DNA of 64,000 bases from positions 9,028 through 73,027 of the forward strand of contig JAUCBJ010007002.1 in assembly GCA_032718475.1 (NCBI GenBank), read 5' to 3'. Position 1 is the stretch's first letter; every line of letters begins with the position of its first letter. The translations under genes were made by a program, and so were the position numbers. The notes beneath the pieces were generated by a model. That model did no database searches, was not told where the DNA came from, and saw only the letters and a program-made list of their open reading frames with translations. Positions 62,901 to 64,000 of the stretch are shown in pieces. Origin of the DNA: Nemertoderma westbladi (lineage: Eukaryota; Animalia; Xenacoelomorpha).

Positions 62901-63590
62901 ATAAATGTAATTAAATAAAAATTATTCTAGAAACATTTTCCTCAAAAAGTATGAAGTCTTGGCGTTGGTGACGCGAAACTAGGCTAGTGAGATTCAGGAT
63001 ATTGCGTTTAATATAAAAATCGAAAACGCTATCGAATTCCGTAAAGGCGTTAATAAAATACTGCAACTTTTTTGAAATTTGTAAAATTCTAGAACTAGAA
63101 AAAATTAATTTTTGAACGGCGCTGTTTGGGGTTTCGAAACATGGATTATTTTTGATGGAGAATCGATTGGCAGTACTGGCTATGAAAAAAATTTTTTTGA
63201 AATTTTTGGTCAGAAAAAAAAACATGGAAAAAGTATATTTTTAAAAAGATTTGTCTTTGCCTATGGTCAGAGAATGATCCAACTCTGTAACTTGGCAATC
63301 GCTCAAATCCATTCAGCTGCATGGCACAGTAGAGTAAACTAAAGTAAATTCCCTATACAATGTTCTGAAGGGGAGACTGACAGAGAGTAATCCAACAATA
63401 AAACAATTTGCAATAATGTTGGCATTAATGTAGCCAACACACTGTGTACTTAAATCATTCAGCTTACATTAGCAGAGGGAGATATTCCCATAGAGTGCGC
63501 ATTGGGAAGAGTAATTCAGCTGAGGCGATATTAGATTTCAAACTAAACCAACCAGTTCATAATGTTTGCTTTGACAGAGAGTGGTGGCTA

Positions 63591-64000
63591 GAGTGTTTCA
63601 TAAAAATTTTTTTTTTGAAATTACACCTCAACTGTACATTTTTATCCGGGTAGAGCCAAAAAAACAATGTAGGCAAAAAATTGGCTCATGACAGTGACTT
63701 TTAGGGGTCGCCCACCCAGGATCTTGAAATTAAAGATTTGTGATATATGGACTGAGCGCATAGTTTCCGCGGTTTTCAATATATTGTTATGAGTTAAATA
63801 TATCTATGTGCGACATATTGGTTTCAAATGTCTAATTAATGGGGATCATTTTGAATGGTCACAAACCATGGTTTGGATCAGTGGAGTGCCAAAATGTCTA
63901 TAGCCTAATGGCATATTAGCGCTATATGTAATGACCGCGTAGTTTTCGCGGTGTTGAATATATTGTTATAAGTAAAATATATATGTGTACCACATATCTT
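63591..64000. mobile_element. Unrelated sequence interrupting the last array unit; probably another non-autonomous element with ~180-bp internal repeats
   Basis: Homology to the array stops at GGTGGCTA; similar blocks at ~63754 and ~63933; other end outside the window. Confidence 0.4.

Larger units (their letters stand above)
42269..63590. repeat. Head-to-tail array of 13 Helentron/DINE-1-like units (1.4-2.1 kb; types X and Y; last unit truncated)
   Basis: Junction hairpins end at 42266, 44161, 45666, 47162, 49247, 51044, 52875, 54362, 55802, 57295, 58992, 61030 and 62627; inverted repeat AGGAACCGA / TCGGTTCCT; tetranucleotide microsatellite in each complete unit. Confidence 0.85.

Noticed and set aside
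44445-63225. Recurrent short ORFs in array units (MGFSFFNLIRCP..., MCRNALHKPFF...)
   Set aside because: They recur only because the DNA is repeated; starts and frames vary with homopolymer length and no domain is recognisable.
42269-63590. CRISPR-like repeat-spacer array
   Set aside because: Units are 1.4-2.1 kb, the intervening sequences are themselves repeated, there are no cas genes, and the context is eukaryotic.

Overview
This is eukaryotic (probably invertebrate animal) DNA made almost entirely of repeats, with no recognisable host gene. Positions 1-40.3 kb are a nest of transposons resolved largely from LTRs and target-site duplications (TSDs). A DDE DNA transposon (E, Mutator-like/Kolobok-type transposase, minus strand) appears to host a decayed Gypsy element (D). 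D is interrupted by BEL/Pao element A, and A's pol is interrupted by BEL/Pao element B (TSD ATAAA) and a TTAA-flanked piggyBac-like MITE (F). B is interrupted by an inverted, internally deleted relative of A (element C, TSD CCCAC). From 40.8 to 63.6 kb there is a head-to-tail array of non-autonomous Helentron/DINE-1-like units of four kinds, three units carrying long (GGCTC)n tracts. The first unit holds a 0.7-kb TSD-flanked palindrome with a hammerhead ribozyme and Pol III-like boxes. The most interesting observations are: (1) element C lacks a tRNA primer-binding site but has a 12-nt site exactly complementary to its own LTR, suggesting Tf1-like self-priming in a BEL/Pao lineage; (2) the hammerhead palindrome; (3) the mixed, precisely joined Helentron-like array; (4) an unknown accessory ORF of at least 319 aa in the env position of A and C. 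All alignments were done by eye and no database searches were run.
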